From Fidelibacterota bacterium (GTDB lineage Bacteria; Fidelibacterota; Marinisomatia; SCGC-AAA003-L08; GCA-2689995): DNA of 64,000 nucleotides. The notes under the pieces were generated by a model, which worked only from the letters and a program-made list of their open reading frames with translations, made no database searches and was not told the origin of the DNA. Of the stretch, positions 1 to 10,500 are shown one piece after another; within the stretch, counting starts at the first letter, position 1, and each line of letters starts with the position of its first letter. The translations under genes were made by a program, and so were the position numbers. The stretch spans positions 35,767 through 99,766 of the forward strand of contig JACNKR010000037.1 of the NCBI GenBank assembly GCA_014381925.1, in the 5' to 3' direction.

Positions 1-1002
1 ATTGTTGCCTGTATGAATCGAACTGACGGGCTTATTACTATGGAGGATTTAAAAAAATATTCCCCCATCGAACGAAAGCCAATTTCATTTGATTATAGAG
101 ATTATAAAATTCATTCTATGCCTCCTGCATCCTCTGGTGGAATTGCAGTTGCAGGTATTTTAAATCAACTTGAAAATGTTAAATTAAGTGAAATTAATTA
201 CCATAGTGCAGAGCACATTCATTTAGTTTCTGAAGCTGAAAGAAGAGTTTACGCTGATCGTTCACATTTTTTAGGTGATATGGATTTTATTAATGTTCCA
301 ATTGATACACTTATTTCTCAAGATTATTCAAATAGTAGATGGAGCTCAGTTGATAGCAATTTTGCATCAATAAGTAATGAAATTTCATATAGCAATATTC
401 CGTTTGATATAAATGAAAGTGAAGAAACAACTCATTATTCGGTAGTTGATAAAGATGGTAATGCCGTAAGTGTTACAACAACGGTAAATGGTTGGTTTGG
501 CAATGGAATTACAGTAGATGGTGCAGGATTTTTATTAAATAATGAAATGGATGATTTCTCAGCAAAACCAGGAGTTCCAAATGCGTATGGTTTAGTGGGA
601 GCTGAAGCAAATTCAATTCAATCTGGGAAAAGAATGTTAAGTTCAATGACTCCAACGATTGTAGAAAATCCAAATGGAGAATTATTTTTAGTTGTTGGTT
701 CACCGGGTGGTTCAACAATTATTACGACCGTTGCCCAAATCATTATGAATGTAATTGATTTTGGAATGGAAATTGAAGATGCGGTTAATTCTCCACGATT
801 TCATCATCAATGGTTACCTGATATAATTCAATTTGAGTCAAGTGGGTTTTCAATAGAAACCTTAAATGCATTGTCAATAATGGGGCATCAACATAAATTT
901 AGAAGATCTATTGGTGAGGCAAATTGTATAATGAAATTAGAAGATGGGTTAATTCAAGCTAGTTCAGATAGTCGCCGTGGTGCATCGGCAAAAGCATATT
1001 AA
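1..1002 (+). CDS. ggt: gamma-glutamyltransferase, C-terminal part (5' end lies outside the window)
   Basis: The frame is open from nt 1. It contains the small-subunit autoprocessing site and core (ETTHYSVVDKDGNAVSVTTTVNGWFG, GSPGGSTIITTV, PRFHHQWLPD). Confidence 0.85.
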   Translation: MVACMNRTDGLITMEDLKKYSPIERKPISFDYRDYKIHSMPPASSGGIAVAGILNQLENVKLSEINYHSAEHIHLVSEAERRVYADRSHFLGDMDFINVPIDTLISQDYSNSRWSSVDSNFASISNEISYSNIPFDINESEETTHYSVVDKDGNAVSVTTTVNGWFGNGITVDGAGFLLNNEMDDFSAKPGVPNAYGLVGAEANSIQSGKRMLSSMTPTIVENPNGELFLVVGSPGGSTIITTVAQIIMNVIDFGMEIEDAVNSPRFHHQWLPDIIQFESSGFSIETLNALSIMGHQHKFRRSIGEANCIMKLEDGLIQASSDSRRGASAKAY

Positions 1003-1008
1003 CATTTT

Positions 1009-2091
1009 ATGAATAAAAAATTTTTAGGAATAACAAATAAAGGTTGGTATGAATTAAGAGTATTATTAACCTTAATTATTATCGCATTTACAATTAAATC
1101 AACATTAATTGAAATATATATTGTTCCAACAGGTTCAATGGAAAATACAATTATGACAGGTGATATGTTAGTAGGGAATAAATTTGTTTATGGTATGAGA
1201 ACTCCACCTTGGATTGGATTACCATATTCTCGAATAGGTTTTGAAGTGCCATGGATTCGTTTTCCTAAATATAAAGAAGTTCAATCTGGTGATGTTACAA
1301 TATTTGAATTTCCAAGAGATCCATTTCAAAAATATGTAAAAAGGTGCATTGGTACTCCAGGAGATTTAATTGGTATTGAGAACGGTGATATCTATGTAAA
1401 TCAAGTAAATTTTCCATTCCCAGTAGAAGCAAAATATTTACATGAATTCCGACAGCAACCTACAGAAAAAGGAACAGGAGTTTTTTCTAAATTTGATGGG
1501 AATAAAGATAATATATCACCCTTCACTGTGCCTTATAAAGGAATGGAAATTGCATTTAATGATGTTGAAGATTGGAATTCGGTGATTACATTATTAGTAC
1601 AAGATGGAAATGAAGTTACGATTTCAGATAAATCTTTTACAGTGATTGATCCCCAAGAAATAGGGCGAACCCGAGGGTTTTTAAAATACATGTTAATGGG
1701 TGTGTTTATGGATAAGGCAAAAGTTCGCCGTCTTCAAAACGAAGATAGAATAAGTCATATTCAAAATTTAATATCGGTAAATCGAAAAAATGGAATTTAT
1801 AATCCTTGGGACTTTAGGGATGTTTATAAAAACCATCCTCAAGATATTTATAATAATTTAAAAGTAAATGGTGAGTTTGTTAAAGATTTAAAAGATTATG
1901 AAATTAAACATGATTATTATTTTTTCATGGGTGATAATAGGGATAATAGTTACGATTCTCGGTTTTGGGGGTTTGTTCCAGATTATCAAATTTTGGGAAC
2001 TCCTTTAGTTTCTATCATAAATGTATTTAATTTACCAGGTGTTTTTAGACTTAATTTTAACGATTTTTTGAGATTTGAATATATAAAGTAA
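1009..2091 (+). CDS. lepB: signal peptidase I
   Basis: N-terminal TM helix; catalytic Ser box (PTGSMENTI); GDNRDNSYDSRFWGFVP box. Confidence 0.9.
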   Translation: MNKKFLGITNKGWYELRVLLTLIIIAFTIKSTLIEIYIVPTGSMENTIMTGDMLVGNKFVYGMRTPPWIGLPYSRIGFEVPWIRFPKYKEVQSGDVTIFEFPRDPFQKYVKRCIGTPGDLIGIENGDIYVNQVNFPFPVEAKYLHEFRQQPTEKGTGVFSKFDGNKDNISPFTVPYKGMEIAFNDVEDWNSVITLLVQDGNEVTISDKSFTVIDPQEIGRTRGFLKYMLMGVFMDKAKVRRLQNEDRISHIQNLISVNRKNGIYNPWDFRDVYKNHPQDIYNNLKVNGEFVKDLKDYEIKHDYYFFMGDNRDNSYDSRFWGFVPDYQILGTPLVSIINVFNLPGVFRLNFNDFLRFEYIK

Positions 2092-2486
2092 TGCTAGAAT
2101 TTATTGGATTTATAATAAAATTAATTTTTGGTGGTTTGTTAGGTGGTATTTGTAATTATAATCAAAATGAAACCGACCAAAATACAACATCAATGTTTAC
2201 AGGTGCTGTAGTTGGGATTATTGGCACAATTTCAACTTCTTTTGCACTTTCTACAGGTGGAGATAATAATTCAATACTAATTGGATTTATGATAATAGCA
2301 TCTCTATTTATTACAAAATCAATTTTAAATGAAATTGATAGTAGAATTGGTACAAGAGAAATATTTGCATTAATTATTGGCTGGTTTGTAGGAGTAGGGA
2401 ATATTTTACATGGAATTGTACTTGTATTTTTTCTAATATTCTTTCTTTCTAGGTTCAATGAAAATAAAAATCAAGAAACAGAATAA
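2091..2486 (+). CDS. small integral membrane protein (weak MgtC/SapB-like N-terminus)
   Basis: Four hydrophobic segments. The start overlaps the lepB stop (TAATG). No firm family motif. Confidence 0.4.
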   Translation: MLEFIGFIIKLIFGGLLGGICNYNQNETDQNTTSMFTGAVVGIIGTISTSFALSTGGDNNSILIGFMIIASLFITKSILNEIDSRIGTREIFALIIGWFVGVGNILHGIVLVFFLIFFLSRFNENKNQETE

Positions 2487-2539
2487 CTCATTAATTTTCT
2501 CTTTGGTTTTAATGAGGAAATCAGATGAAATTTAATGCT

Positions 2540-2567
2540 CTGAATAAGAATGATTATTCAGTTTTTC
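2540..2567 (+). terminator. rho-independent terminator
   Basis: CTGAATA-N8-TATTCAG stem followed by TTTTT. Confidence 0.6.
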
Positions 2568-2601
2568 CTTAATTTTAAACTATATTAAACAGGAACGAAA
2601 A

Positions 2602-3117
2602 ATGAAAACAATTTATATTTGGATTACTATATTTTTAATAGTTACTGCAGGACTATATTATTATTTTACAATTGATTCTCAACGAGTTGTTAAAATGGAT
2701 GATCTCGGTAAAAAAGATGTAGAGTTAAAAGAAGATTATAATTCCACGGTTAGTAGATACCATGATTTTGATTTAAGACTTATTGGACATGGTAAGCATT
2801 TACAATCAATGCAAACGACCTTAGATGCTCATCGAAAAGCATATTCAGAAAAAATGGATTCTATGAACTTAGTATTTGAAGAAGTTAAATATTTAATTGA
2901 AGATTTAGAATCAAGGTTTACAAAGAAAATTAATCGTGTATCTGATGATGTTAGAAATTTATCTGATAGTTTCGATAGTTTTAAAAGATCATCTAAAAGA
3001 GATGTAAGAGAAATTCAACATGATATTAGTAGTCTTCAAGATGAAATGAAAGAAGTAACTGAATTAATGCCAATTATTAAACAAAAGCTGAAGTTAGATA
3101 AGGAAGAAAAAAAGTGA
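2602..3117 (+). CDS. membrane-anchored coiled-coil protein, unknown function
   Basis: N-terminal TM helix followed by charged heptad-like sequence. The ORF is tightly coupled to the next gene. Confidence 0.5.
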   Translation: MKTIYIWITIFLIVTAGLYYYFTIDSQRVVKMDDLGKKDVELKEDYNSTVSRYHDFDLRLIGHGKHLQSMQTTLDAHRKAYSEKMDSMNLVFEEVKYLIEDLESRFTKKINRVSDDVRNLSDSFDSFKRSSKRDVREIQHDISSLQDEMKEVTELMPIIKQKLKLDKEEKK

Positions 3118-3308
3118 ACATTGGTGTCGTAAAAGTTTGGAATCCTTCAAACGGTTGGGGATTTATTTCTGGAGATGACGGCGAAGATTATTTTTTAAAT
3201 GCAAACAATATTAGACAAGGGCAAAAGGTGAAAGTGGGTGATCGTGTTAAATTTGATGTCTTTGAAGGTCAAAAAGGACCTTCTGCTGAAAATGTATCTC
3301 ATGCTTAA
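3114..3308 (+). CDS. cold-shock domain protein
   Basis: GVVKVWNPSNGWGFI (RNP1-like) and a KGPSAENV tail. GTG start. Confidence 0.85.
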   Translation: MNIGVVKVWNPSNGWGFISGDDGEDYFLNANNIRQGQKVKVGDRVKFDVFEGQKGPSAENVSHA

Positions 3309-3330
3309 TTTTTTTAAATATATAATAAAT

Positions 3331-3360
3331 AGCCCTACAATTTGTGGGGCTTTTTTTTTA
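3331..3360 (+). terminator. rho-independent terminator
   Basis: 8-bp stem AGCCCTAC/GTGGGGCT with a 5-nt loop, followed by T9. Confidence 0.85.
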
Positions 3361-3368
3361 TTAAAAAT

Positions 3369-3974
3369 ATGAATCATACACATTCAGCTTTTTGGGAAAA
3401 TCTATACGACATAGGAGATATTGGTTGGGATTTATCTGGCCCCACAAAACCATTTGTAGAAATTTTTAATAATTTAGATTTGCTTAATAAAAAAGTGTTT
3501 GTTCCTGGTTGTGGTAACGGGCATGATGTAATTGAATTAGCAAAAAAAGGAGCAGAAGTATATGCTGTTGATTTTGTAGAAGCTCCATTATTAAATATAA
3601 AGACTAATCCAGATTTTATTGAAAATAAAATTCATTTAATTCATTCTGATATTTTTGAAGTTTCAAATAACTTCAATAATCAATTTGATTATGTTTTTGA
3701 ATATACTTGTTATTGTGCAATTGATCCAAAATATAGAGAAAAGTATAGAGATTTAGTTTATCGAATTTTAAATAAAAAGGGTAAGTTTATTTCCTTATTT
3801 TTTCCAATTTTAAAACCAGAAATTGATGATGGGCCACCATTTGGTGTAGATTTAGCTAAAACATTAGAAATGTTTAAAGATAAATTTAATATTTTAGAAA
3901 TCAATCAATCAATAAATTCAATTCCTAAAAGAGCAGGAAATGAAGTATTGGTTTTTATGAGTAAAAATGGATAA
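3369..3974 (+). CDS. SAM-dependent methyltransferase, thiopurine/thiol methyltransferase (TPMT) family
   Basis: W..Y......WD followed by VPGCGNGHDVIELAKKGAEVYAVD (motif I). I start it at ATG 3369 because the track start at 3342 lies inside the upstream terminator. Confidence 0.75.
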   Translation: MNHTHSAFWENLYDIGDIGWDLSGPTKPFVEIFNNLDLLNKKVFVPGCGNGHDVIELAKKGAEVYAVDFVEAPLLNIKTNPDFIENKIHLIHSDIFEVSNNFNNQFDYVFEYTCYCAIDPKYREKYRDLVYRILNKKGKFISLFFPILKPEIDDGPPFGVDLAKTLEMFKDKFNILEINQSINSIPKRAGNEVLVFMSKNG

Positions 3975-4326
3975 AATTCGTATAAATAATATTCAAATAT
4001 TTGCGTATCATGGGGTTGCAGATGAAGAGCAAATTTTAGGGCAAAATTTTGAAATTGATGTTGAGTTATTTTTAGATTTATCTATTGCTGGAAAATCTGA
4101 TGATTTAACTAAAACAGTTGACTATAGTTTTATTTATAAATTAATTGAAAAAGAGTTTTGTAATACAAAATATAAATTATTAGAAACAGTTGCAGAAAAA
4201 ATTTCAGAAAAAATATTAAGTAATGAATTGATTCAATCGATGATTATTAAAATTCGAAAACCAAATGCACCAATTAAAGGGACATTTGATTCTGTTGAAA
4301 TTGAAATTGAAAGAAAAAAATATTGA
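3967..4326 (+). CDS. folB: dihydroneopterin aldolase
   Basis: IFAYHGV..EE..GQNFEIDVEL, about 119 aa, directly upstream of folK. Confidence 0.85.
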   Translation: MDKIRINNIQIFAYHGVADEEQILGQNFEIDVELFLDLSIAGKSDDLTKTVDYSFIYKLIEKEFCNTKYKLLETVAEKISEKILSNELIQSMIIKIRKPNAPIKGTFDSVEIEIERKKY

Positions 4327-4823
4327 TTGCATATTTAGGATTAGGAACAAATATTGACGATAGGGATTCTTCTTTAGTAAAAGCAAAAAAAGAGTTAATC
4401 AGTTGTGATATATTTATAATTAATTCAAGTTCTATTTATGAATCAACACCAATGTATAATGAAAATCAGCCTAATTTTTATAATCAAGTTTTAAAAGTTG
4501 ATATTAAGGATAATCCATTAAATTTATTGAAGAAAATTAAAAAAATTGAAGTAAATATGGGGCGTAATTTATTTGCTCCAAAAAATTCTCAACGAATTAT
4601 AGATATTGATATTTTGGCAATTGAACATTTAGAATATGAGGATGCTCAACTTCAAATTCCACACCCATTACTTCATGAGAGAAGATTTGTATTAGAACCA
4701 TGGAATGAAATTTCACCAAATTTTATTATTCCAAAAATTGAATTAACAGTTAATACCATGTATGAAAAATTAATAGACACTGTGAAATTAAAACGAATAA
4801 ATGAATTTGAGGTAGTAAATTGA
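4323..4823 (+). CDS. folK: 6-hydroxymethyl-7,8-dihydropterin pyrophosphokinase
   Basis: IDIDIL...IPHPLLHERRFVLEPWNEI. Confidence 0.9.
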   Translation: MIAYLGLGTNIDDRDSSLVKAKKELISCDIFIINSSSIYESTPMYNENQPNFYNQVLKVDIKDNPLNLLKKIKKIEVNMGRNLFAPKNSQRIIDIDILAIEHLEYEDAQLQIPHPLLHERRFVLEPWNEISPNFIIPKIELTVNTMYEKLIDTVKLKRINEFEVVN

Positions 4824-5461
4824 GATCTTCATTTTATATTGCTATTGAAGGAACAATTGGAGTTGGAAAAACGAGTTTAGCTCGTGTATTATCAGAACGA
4901 TTAAATGCTCGGTTAGTATTAGAAGAATTTGAACAAAATCCATTCTTAGAAGATTTTTATAATGATCCTAAAAGTTTTGCCTTTCAAACACAAATATTTT
5001 TTTTACTATCTCGTTATAAACAACAAGTTGGTTTACAGCAAATTGATTTGTTCGCAAAAAATATAATTGCTGATTATATGTTTGCTAAAGATAGGTTATT
5101 CGCAACATTAAATTTAAGTGATAAAGAGCTAGATTTATATAACACTGTTGCAAATATTTTAGAAAAAAACTTATCATTTCCTGATATGGTTATTTTTTTA
5201 CAGTCAGATACAAATAGATTAATTGAAAATATCAGAAAAAGGGGTAGAGCATTTGAAGAAAAAATTGACATTGGTTATATTGATGCTTTAAATCAAATTT
5301 ATACAGAATACTTTTTTAAATATGATAAAAGCCCTCTTTTAATAATTAATACGAATGATATTGACTTTGTAAATAATCAAGATGATTTGGAAGAAATAAT
5401 TAAATTTATTAGAACTCCTGTTAAAGGAACTAAGTTTTTTAATCCTATTAAAAGCATTTAA
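4820..5461 (+). CDS. deoxynucleoside kinase
   Basis: P-loop IAIEGTIGVGKTS, dNK-type E.F..NPFL motif, about 210 aa. Confidence 0.8.
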   Translation: MRSSFYIAIEGTIGVGKTSLARVLSERLNARLVLEEFEQNPFLEDFYNDPKSFAFQTQIFFLLSRYKQQVGLQQIDLFAKNIIADYMFAKDRLFATLNLSDKELDLYNTVANILEKNLSFPDMVIFLQSDTNRLIENIRKRGRAFEEKIDIGYIDALNQIYTEYFFKYDKSPLLIINTNDIDFVNNQDDLEEIIKFIRTPVKGTKFFNPIKSI

Positions 5462-5653
5462 ATGGCATTATTTAAAACTATATTTATTATTTGGATTTTT
5501 TGGTGGATTATTAAAAAAGTGTTAACTTATTTAGGTAATCAAGCTAACCCCAATCGCCAACCTAATTTTGACAATCATAGAAAAGAAGAATTTAAACAAC
5601 GAAATATGGATGTACAAGATGCTGAATTTGAGGAAATAGATGAAAGCAGTTAG
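5462..5653 (+). CDS. small membrane protein with an acidic C-terminus, unknown function
   Basis: Single W-rich TM helix. Packed between two genes with no gaps. Confidence 0.4.
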   Translation: MALFKTIFIIWIFWWIIKKVLTYLGNQANPNRQPNFDNHRKEEFKQRNMDVQDAEFEEIDESS

Positions 5654-6659
5654 AATTCATGAATTTGGCGATTATAATGTTCTTAAAGTTGATCAAATTG
5701 ATGAACCAGTCTGTATGGCAAATCAAGTTAAAATTCAAATGAAAGCGTGTGGAATAAATCATTTAGATATTTGGGTGAGACAGGGTTTACCTTGGATTAA
5801 ATTTCCATGGGTTTTAGGTTCTGATGGTAGCGGGATTATAGTTGAAATTGGTAATGAAGTAAAAAATTGGAATATTGGAGATGAAATTGTTATCCACCCT
5901 GGTTATTCATGTGGAAAGTGTACAAAATGCCAAAATCAACAAGAAAATTTTTGTTATAAATATGGTATATTAGGTGAATCTATAAATGGAGTACAGCAAG
6001 AATTTATTTGCTTAAACCCCAGTCAAATTGTTGAAAAACCAACTCATTTAAATTTTTCAGAATCTGCTTCAATGCCATTAGTGTTTATGACATCTTGGCA
6101 AATGTTAGTCGAGAGAGCAAATTTGAAAAAAAATGAATGGGTTTTAATTTATGGAGGTACTTCTGGAGTTGGTGCTTCTGCAATTCAAATTGCAAAATAT
6201 TTAGGTGCAAATATTATTTCTACTGTGGGGAATGATAATAAAATTGATAAAGTTATTTCTTATGGTGCTGATTTTGTAATTAATCATTCAAATGATTATT
6301 GGCAAGATGAAATAAAATTAATTCAAAATAAATTTGATGTTATATTTGAACATATCGGTTCAGCAACTTGGAAAAATTCAATGAATTTATTGAATAAGGG
6401 TGGAAGAGTTGTAACATGTGGTGCAACAACGGGTTATAAGGTTGAAATTGATTTAAGGCATTTATTTTTTAAACAGCAGTCTATTTTAGGTTCAACGATG
6501 AGTAATTTTAATAATTTTTATACTGTAATGGAAAAAATTTCTTCAGGGGTCTTTAAACCGTGTATTGATTCAATTTATTCTATTGAAGATGTATGGATTG
6601 CTCATAAAAAAATAGAAGAACGATTACATATTGGTAAAGTAGTTTTAGAGTTTAATTAA
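5640..6659 (+). CDS. zinc-type alcohol dehydrogenase/quinone oxidoreductase (MDR family)
   Basis: GINHLD, GSDGSG..VE.G, CGKCTKCQ structural-zinc loop, and GGTSGVGASAIQIAK Rossmann motif. Confidence 0.8.
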   Translation: MKAVRIHEFGDYNVLKVDQIDEPVCMANQVKIQMKACGINHLDIWVRQGLPWIKFPWVLGSDGSGIIVEIGNEVKNWNIGDEIVIHPGYSCGKCTKCQNQQENFCYKYGILGESINGVQQEFICLNPSQIVEKPTHLNFSESASMPLVFMTSWQMLVERANLKKNEWVLIYGGTSGVGASAIQIAKYLGANIISTVGNDNKIDKVISYGADFVINHSNDYWQDEIKLIQNKFDVIFEHIGSATWKNSMNLLNKGGRVVTCGATTGYKVEIDLRHLFFKQQSILGSTMSNFNNFYTVMEKISSGVFKPCIDSIYSIEDVWIAHKKIEERLHIGKVVLEFN

Positions 6660-7183
6660 TGAAAAAATATTTATCATTGCTCATATTAATTAATTTTATT
6701 TTTTCGTATGAAAAATTAGCTTTTTATCATGGTGCTGGAATTGAATTAACTCAAAATGGTGCAGGAATTTATTATGAACCTGAATTAATGGGGAAAGTTG
6801 ATATTTATTCAAAATTTGGATTTCATTTCGAAAGGTCAAATACTTTGGAAGTTAATCCATATTTTAATACTCAAAATCCAGGGTTTAAGAAAACTATTGG
6901 AACAATTTCATTTGGTGCTCGAATTCCATTAATTCAAAATTATTTTTATAATAATATGAGTATTCATTTATTAGGAGAATTAGGAATTGGAAATAAATTT
7001 AGCTCATTAATTTCAGGAGAACTAAATAATGAAAATAATCGTTTATTAACAGGTTTATCTCTAGAAATCCCAAGTGGTAAGTTTATAAAAAGGTATGATA
7101 TTTGTTTTCAAACAAATAATGAAATTAGTGGTATCTTTTTAATCCGAATTCACTTTTTAAGAAAGTCTGATAATAATGACTGA
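6659..7183 (+). CDS. secreted/outer-membrane-like protein, unknown function
   Basis: Signal peptide and alternating aromatic/Gly-rich strands. No recognisable family. Confidence 0.4.
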   Translation: MKKYLSLLILINFIFSYEKLAFYHGAGIELTQNGAGIYYEPELMGKVDIYSKFGFHFERSNTLEVNPYFNTQNPGFKKTIGTISFGARIPLIQNYFYNNMSIHLLGELGIGNKFSSLISGELNNENNRLLTGLSLEIPSGKFIKRYDICFQTNNEISGIFLIRIHFLRKSDNND

Positions 7184-7520
7184 TTGTTTATTTTGTAAAA
7201 TAATTAATGGTAAAATTCCTTCTGATAAAGTTTATGAAGACAAATTTACATATGCATTTAGAGATATTAACCCTGTTGCATCAACACATATTCTTGTAAT
7301 TCCTAAAATCCATGTAAATGGATTAAATGATTTAAAAATTGAGAATATTGATATTATGTCCAAACTTACTTTGTCTGCTCAAGAAATAATTAATACAGAA
7401 GGGGTTAAAGAAAATGGGTATAGATTTGTAATTAATTCAGGAATGGATGGAGGACAAACTGTAAGCCATTTACATTTGCATATTATAGGCGGAAGAAAAT
7501 TAAAATGGCCACCAGGATAA
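7176..7520 (+). CDS. HIT-family nucleotide hydrolase
   Basis: C.FCKI start and histidine triad HLHLHIIGG. Confidence 0.9.
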   Translation: MTDCLFCKIINGKIPSDKVYEDKFTYAFRDINPVASTHILVIPKIHVNGLNDLKIENIDIMSKLTLSAQEIINTEGVKENGYRFVINSGMDGGQTVSHLHLHIIGGRKLKWPPG

Positions 7521-7527
7521 AATATTA

Positions 7528-10500
7528 ATGTATATATCAAAAGTACACTTACAAGGGTTTAAATCATTTCTAAATAAAACGGATTTACAATTTGGGCATG
7601 GAATAACATGTGTTGTTGGGCCGAATGGATGTGGAAAAACCAATATTGTAGATTCTATTCGCTGGATATTAGGTGAACAGAAATCATCTATTTTGCGATC
7701 TAATAAAATGGAAGATGTGATATTTAACGGAACCCGGAAAAGAAAACCTGTTAGTTTCTGCGAAGCATCAATAATGTTACATAATGAAGGGCGTTTGCCT
7801 GTAGAATATACAGATATTGAGATTACCCGTCGATTATTTAGAAGTGGTGAAAGTGAATATTTGATGAATAAAGTTCCATGTAGATTAAAAGATATTAATA
7901 ATTTATTTATGGATACAGGGATGGGTACAGGGGCTTACTCTGTAATTGAGTTAAAAATGATTGAGTCAATATTATCTCAAAATACCGCTGAACGAAAGCA
8001 TTTAATTGAAGAAGCTGCTGGAATAAATCAATATAAACAGCAACGCCAACAAACATTTAGAAAATTAAGTGCTACAAAATCTGATTTAGAACGCGTTAAT
8101 GATATTTTAATTGAATTAGAAAAAAATGTTAAAGGGTTAGCATTACAATTAAAGCGGTTTGAACGACATGCAAAACTAACTGAACAATTTAAAAATAAAT
8201 CCATACTTATGGCTGGATATAATTATAACTTATTAAACTCACAAATAAGCCCTGTTAGTGAAGAAATGGATTTTAAGAAAAATACATATTCAAAATTATC
8301 TAGTCAAATGAATATGGATGAAGAATTAGAAAAAAATACTCAAAAGAGATATGATGATGCTCGGTCTGAAATGGAAACTTTAGAATTAAACTTGGCTGAT
8401 ACAGTTAAAAAAATAACAGAAAAAAATAGAAATATTATTATTTGGACTGAAAATAATAAATCAAATGAAGGGAGAATACAACAAAACTTAGATGATTCTG
8501 TACAAATGGAAAACCAACAAAATATTTTAAATGAGCAAATTAAAGATTTAAATAATTCCTTAAAAGAAATAGAACCTGAAATTCTTAATCGAAAAAAATC
8601 ATATGAAAATGAAGTACAAGTATATGAAGAATTAAAAACGGAGTCTGAACAACAAATAAAAAAATATAAAATCAAGCAATCCGAGTTTGATGCACATTTA
8701 AATATGATTTTTCAAGAAGAAACAACATTTAAATTAAATGAAAATTCATTGGAATCTCATGAAGAATTAGTTAAAACACTTCAGACTAGAAGAACTGAAA
8801 TGAAATCACGAGAAATGAATAGTTTAGAAAGTATTTCAGATCTAAAGAAATTGATTAGTAAAAAAGAAGAGTCTGCAAATAATCAATTAATTGAAATTGA
8901 AAATTTAAAAAATACTCAATTAAAAATAGATTCTGATTTAATTTCTGTTATTGATTCAATTTCTGAAATTAATTTAGAAAATGAACGATTAAATTCTAAG
9001 GTTAATTTATTTGAAAGTATTTTGAAATCAAGAGGAGATAGTGCTTCGGGATTAAATTTCATTGAAAAAAATAAAGAAAAATTTAATGGATTATTAGGTG
9101 TATTGTCAGATTTAATCGAAATTCCTGAAGAATATCATAAAGCTTCAGAGGTAATATTAGGTGATTTAAAAAATGCAGTAATTGTAGAGAATTTCGAAAT
9201 TGCAAAATTAATTATTGATGAATTGAAAAAAAATGACGGTGGTGCACTCACATTAATTTCACTTGATAAAATACCAATTATTAAATCTAAAATAAAAAGT
9301 GATCTCGTAAAACAAATTAAATCACAAAAGAAATTGAATGATTTAGTAAATCACTTATTTAATGATGTTTTGATCGTTGAATCAATTTCGGAAATAAATA
9401 AAAAATCCCCATTAATTGTAACAAAAGATGGTGATTTCTTAAAAAATGGATATGAGATTAAAAGTTCTTCATTGAAAAATAAAGTCTCTGTGCTCGGTAA
9501 GAAAAAAGAGATAAGTGAAATGAAAGGGAAGATTAATCTAAATTTAAGTCATCTTAAAAGCCAAGAAAGTAAAAGACAAGATTTAGAATCTCAATTAAAT
9601 GATTTTAATATAAAAGTTTCTTCATTAGAAAAATCTTTTGAAATCATAGTTTCTGATAAACAAAAATTAGAAATTGAACTTTCAGGTAAAGTGGCGGGAC
9701 AAATTCATTTACAAGAAATTAAAAATGAAAATAAAAAAGAAATTGATAAATCAATAATTCAAATAGAAACATTAAAATTAAAGATTGAAAAATGCAAAGA
9801 TGAGGTGAAAAAATTAATTGAGGAAAAAGTACTATTAAAAGAAAAAATTGAAAAAATTACTAAACAAACAGAAAGTTATCGACAAAAAACTGTAAACCAA
9901 CAAGAATTAACACAGCAGAAACAATTATTTTTATTAGAGTCAGAGAAAGAAAAAAACACAATTGAGTTTAGATTAAATTCAATTGAGGATCGGATTGCAG
10001 AAAACCAGCGAAGGATTGACCGTATAAAAAGTATTAATATTCAATTAAGAAAAACGAATGATGATTTAGATAAAAAACTAAGTCTTGAAAATGAGTTAAA
10101 AAGAGAGTTATTAGAAGAACAAGAAAAATTAGGAGCTCAAAAAGGTAAAACCGATAAAGAATATAATGATGCTTATCAGGAATTAAAAGAACTACAACAA
10201 AATATGAGAAGCCATCATAAATTAAAAGAAGATCGAATTTTTGAAATTCAAGAAATGGAATTAAAAATTTCAAATTTAAAAAATGAACAATTAATTGTTA
10301 CGGATAAAATTTATGAAAAATTTGGAGTTACAATTGAAGAACTTGAAACAATTGATGTTTCTGAAATAAATAATGAAAATTTATTAGAAGAAATTTTATC
10401 GTTAGAAAAATCACTTGAACGAATAGGCCCAATAAATATGGCAATTCAAGATGAATATGAAAAAGAAAGTGAACGATTAACTTTTTTACAAGATCAAGTT

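Noticed and set aside
3342-3368. Track-predicted N-terminal extension (MWGFFFIKN) of the methyltransferase.
   Set aside because: The extension overlaps the stem and T-tract of the strong terminator at 3331-3360. ATG 3369 gives a family-typical N-terminus.
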